Virus record (IMG/VR): IMGVR_UViG_3300025151_000042
Coordinates: 1 to 56,348 of that record
Strand: one strand, 5' to 3'
Source: a virus
Taxonomy: Duplodnaviria; Caudoviricetes
Length of the DNA stretch: 56,348 bases
Shown: piece after piece, positions 55,888-56,348 of the stretch
Layout of the letters: the number at the start of each line of letters is the position of its first letter
Numbering within the stretch: position 1 is the stretch's first letter
Translations under genes and position numbers: made by a program
Notes under the pieces: generated by a model
Told to the model about the DNA's origin: nothing
Database searches by the model: none
The model's input: the letters and a program-made list of their open reading frames with translations, nothing else

Positions 55888-56348
55888 ATGTCATGTGGCT
55901 GTGGATGCGGTGGCGAAAAAGTTGCTTATGAAGAATGGGGAGAAGAAGATGTTACTGCGGCAGAATATCAAGGCCGTAAAGTTACTCTTAACAAACCGTT
56001 CCGTACATCAGGTGCTAACAAAAAGTTCGGAGTATATACTAAAAATGATAGTGGGAATGTAGTCTTAGTAAGATTTGGCGACCCCAACATGGAAATCAAA
56101 AGAGATGACCCTGCTAGAAGAAAAGCATTCCGTTCACGACACAACTGTGATAGTCCCGGCCCAAAATGGAAGGCACGTTATTGGTCTTGTAGGCAATGGC
56201 GTGGTGGCAAAAAAGTGGAAGCAGAAGAAGGTTGTGGATGCGGTAACGTAGAAGCAGCAGAGCCTACACCTAGAGATGATGAAACACATGATGAATATAT
56301 GTCTAGATGTCAAGAAGCAGGTTATTCTAAAGATGAATGTATGAAAGC
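55888..56348 (+). CDS. partial head-module protein, runs off the window; possibly the N-terminus of the prohead protease/scaffold
   Basis: Open to the window end; AEYQGRKVTLNKP...FGDPNM...FRSRHNC...ARYWSC domain, then PTPRDDETHDEYMSRC. Confidence 0.7.
   Translation, partial: MSCGCGCGGEKVAYEEWGEEDVTAAEYQGRKVTLNKPFRTSGANKKFGVYTKNDSGNVVLVRFGDPNMEIKRDDPARRKAFRSRHNCDSPGPKWKARYWSCRQWRGGKKVEAEEGCGCGNVEAAEPTPRDDETHDEYMSRCQEAGYSKDECMK

Overview
This window is most of the genome of a tailed (siphovirus-type) dsDNA virus with an archaeal-type replisome. Gene content and order best fit the 'Magroviruses' of Marine Group II Euryarchaeota (Poseidoniales); the host is inferred, not shown. Layout: (1) 1-16.7 kb, + strand: 2OG-Fe(II) oxygenase, small membrane proteins, head-tail adaptor, tail terminator, tail tube, tail-assembly chaperone with a -1 frameshift site, tape measure and a 2373-aa tail protein. 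(2) 16.7-33.9 kb, - strand: ERCC4 nuclease, PriS-PriL primase fusion, Cas4-like exonuclease, a PolB with unusual active-site motifs, PCNA-like clamp, RecA-fold ATPase, GroEL/GroES, RPA-like SSB, RFC, MCM-like helicase and a PAC2-like protein. (3) 34-42 kb, - strand: small variable genes, including a pyrimidine-dimer glycosylase, a DUF932 protein and a candidate ~220-nt structured RNA. (4) 42-50 kb: a low-coding-density region of short gene cassettes separated by eight copies of a conserved boundary element (GC hairpin, GGATTTGGATT, T-tract, ACACTAGTGT palindrome at fixed 40-43 nt spacing). (5) 50-56.3 kb: terminase and a metallophosphoesterase (- strand), divergent from the portal and following head genes (+ strand). 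The major capsid gene lies outside the window. All protein calls come from motif recognition by eye; no searches were run.
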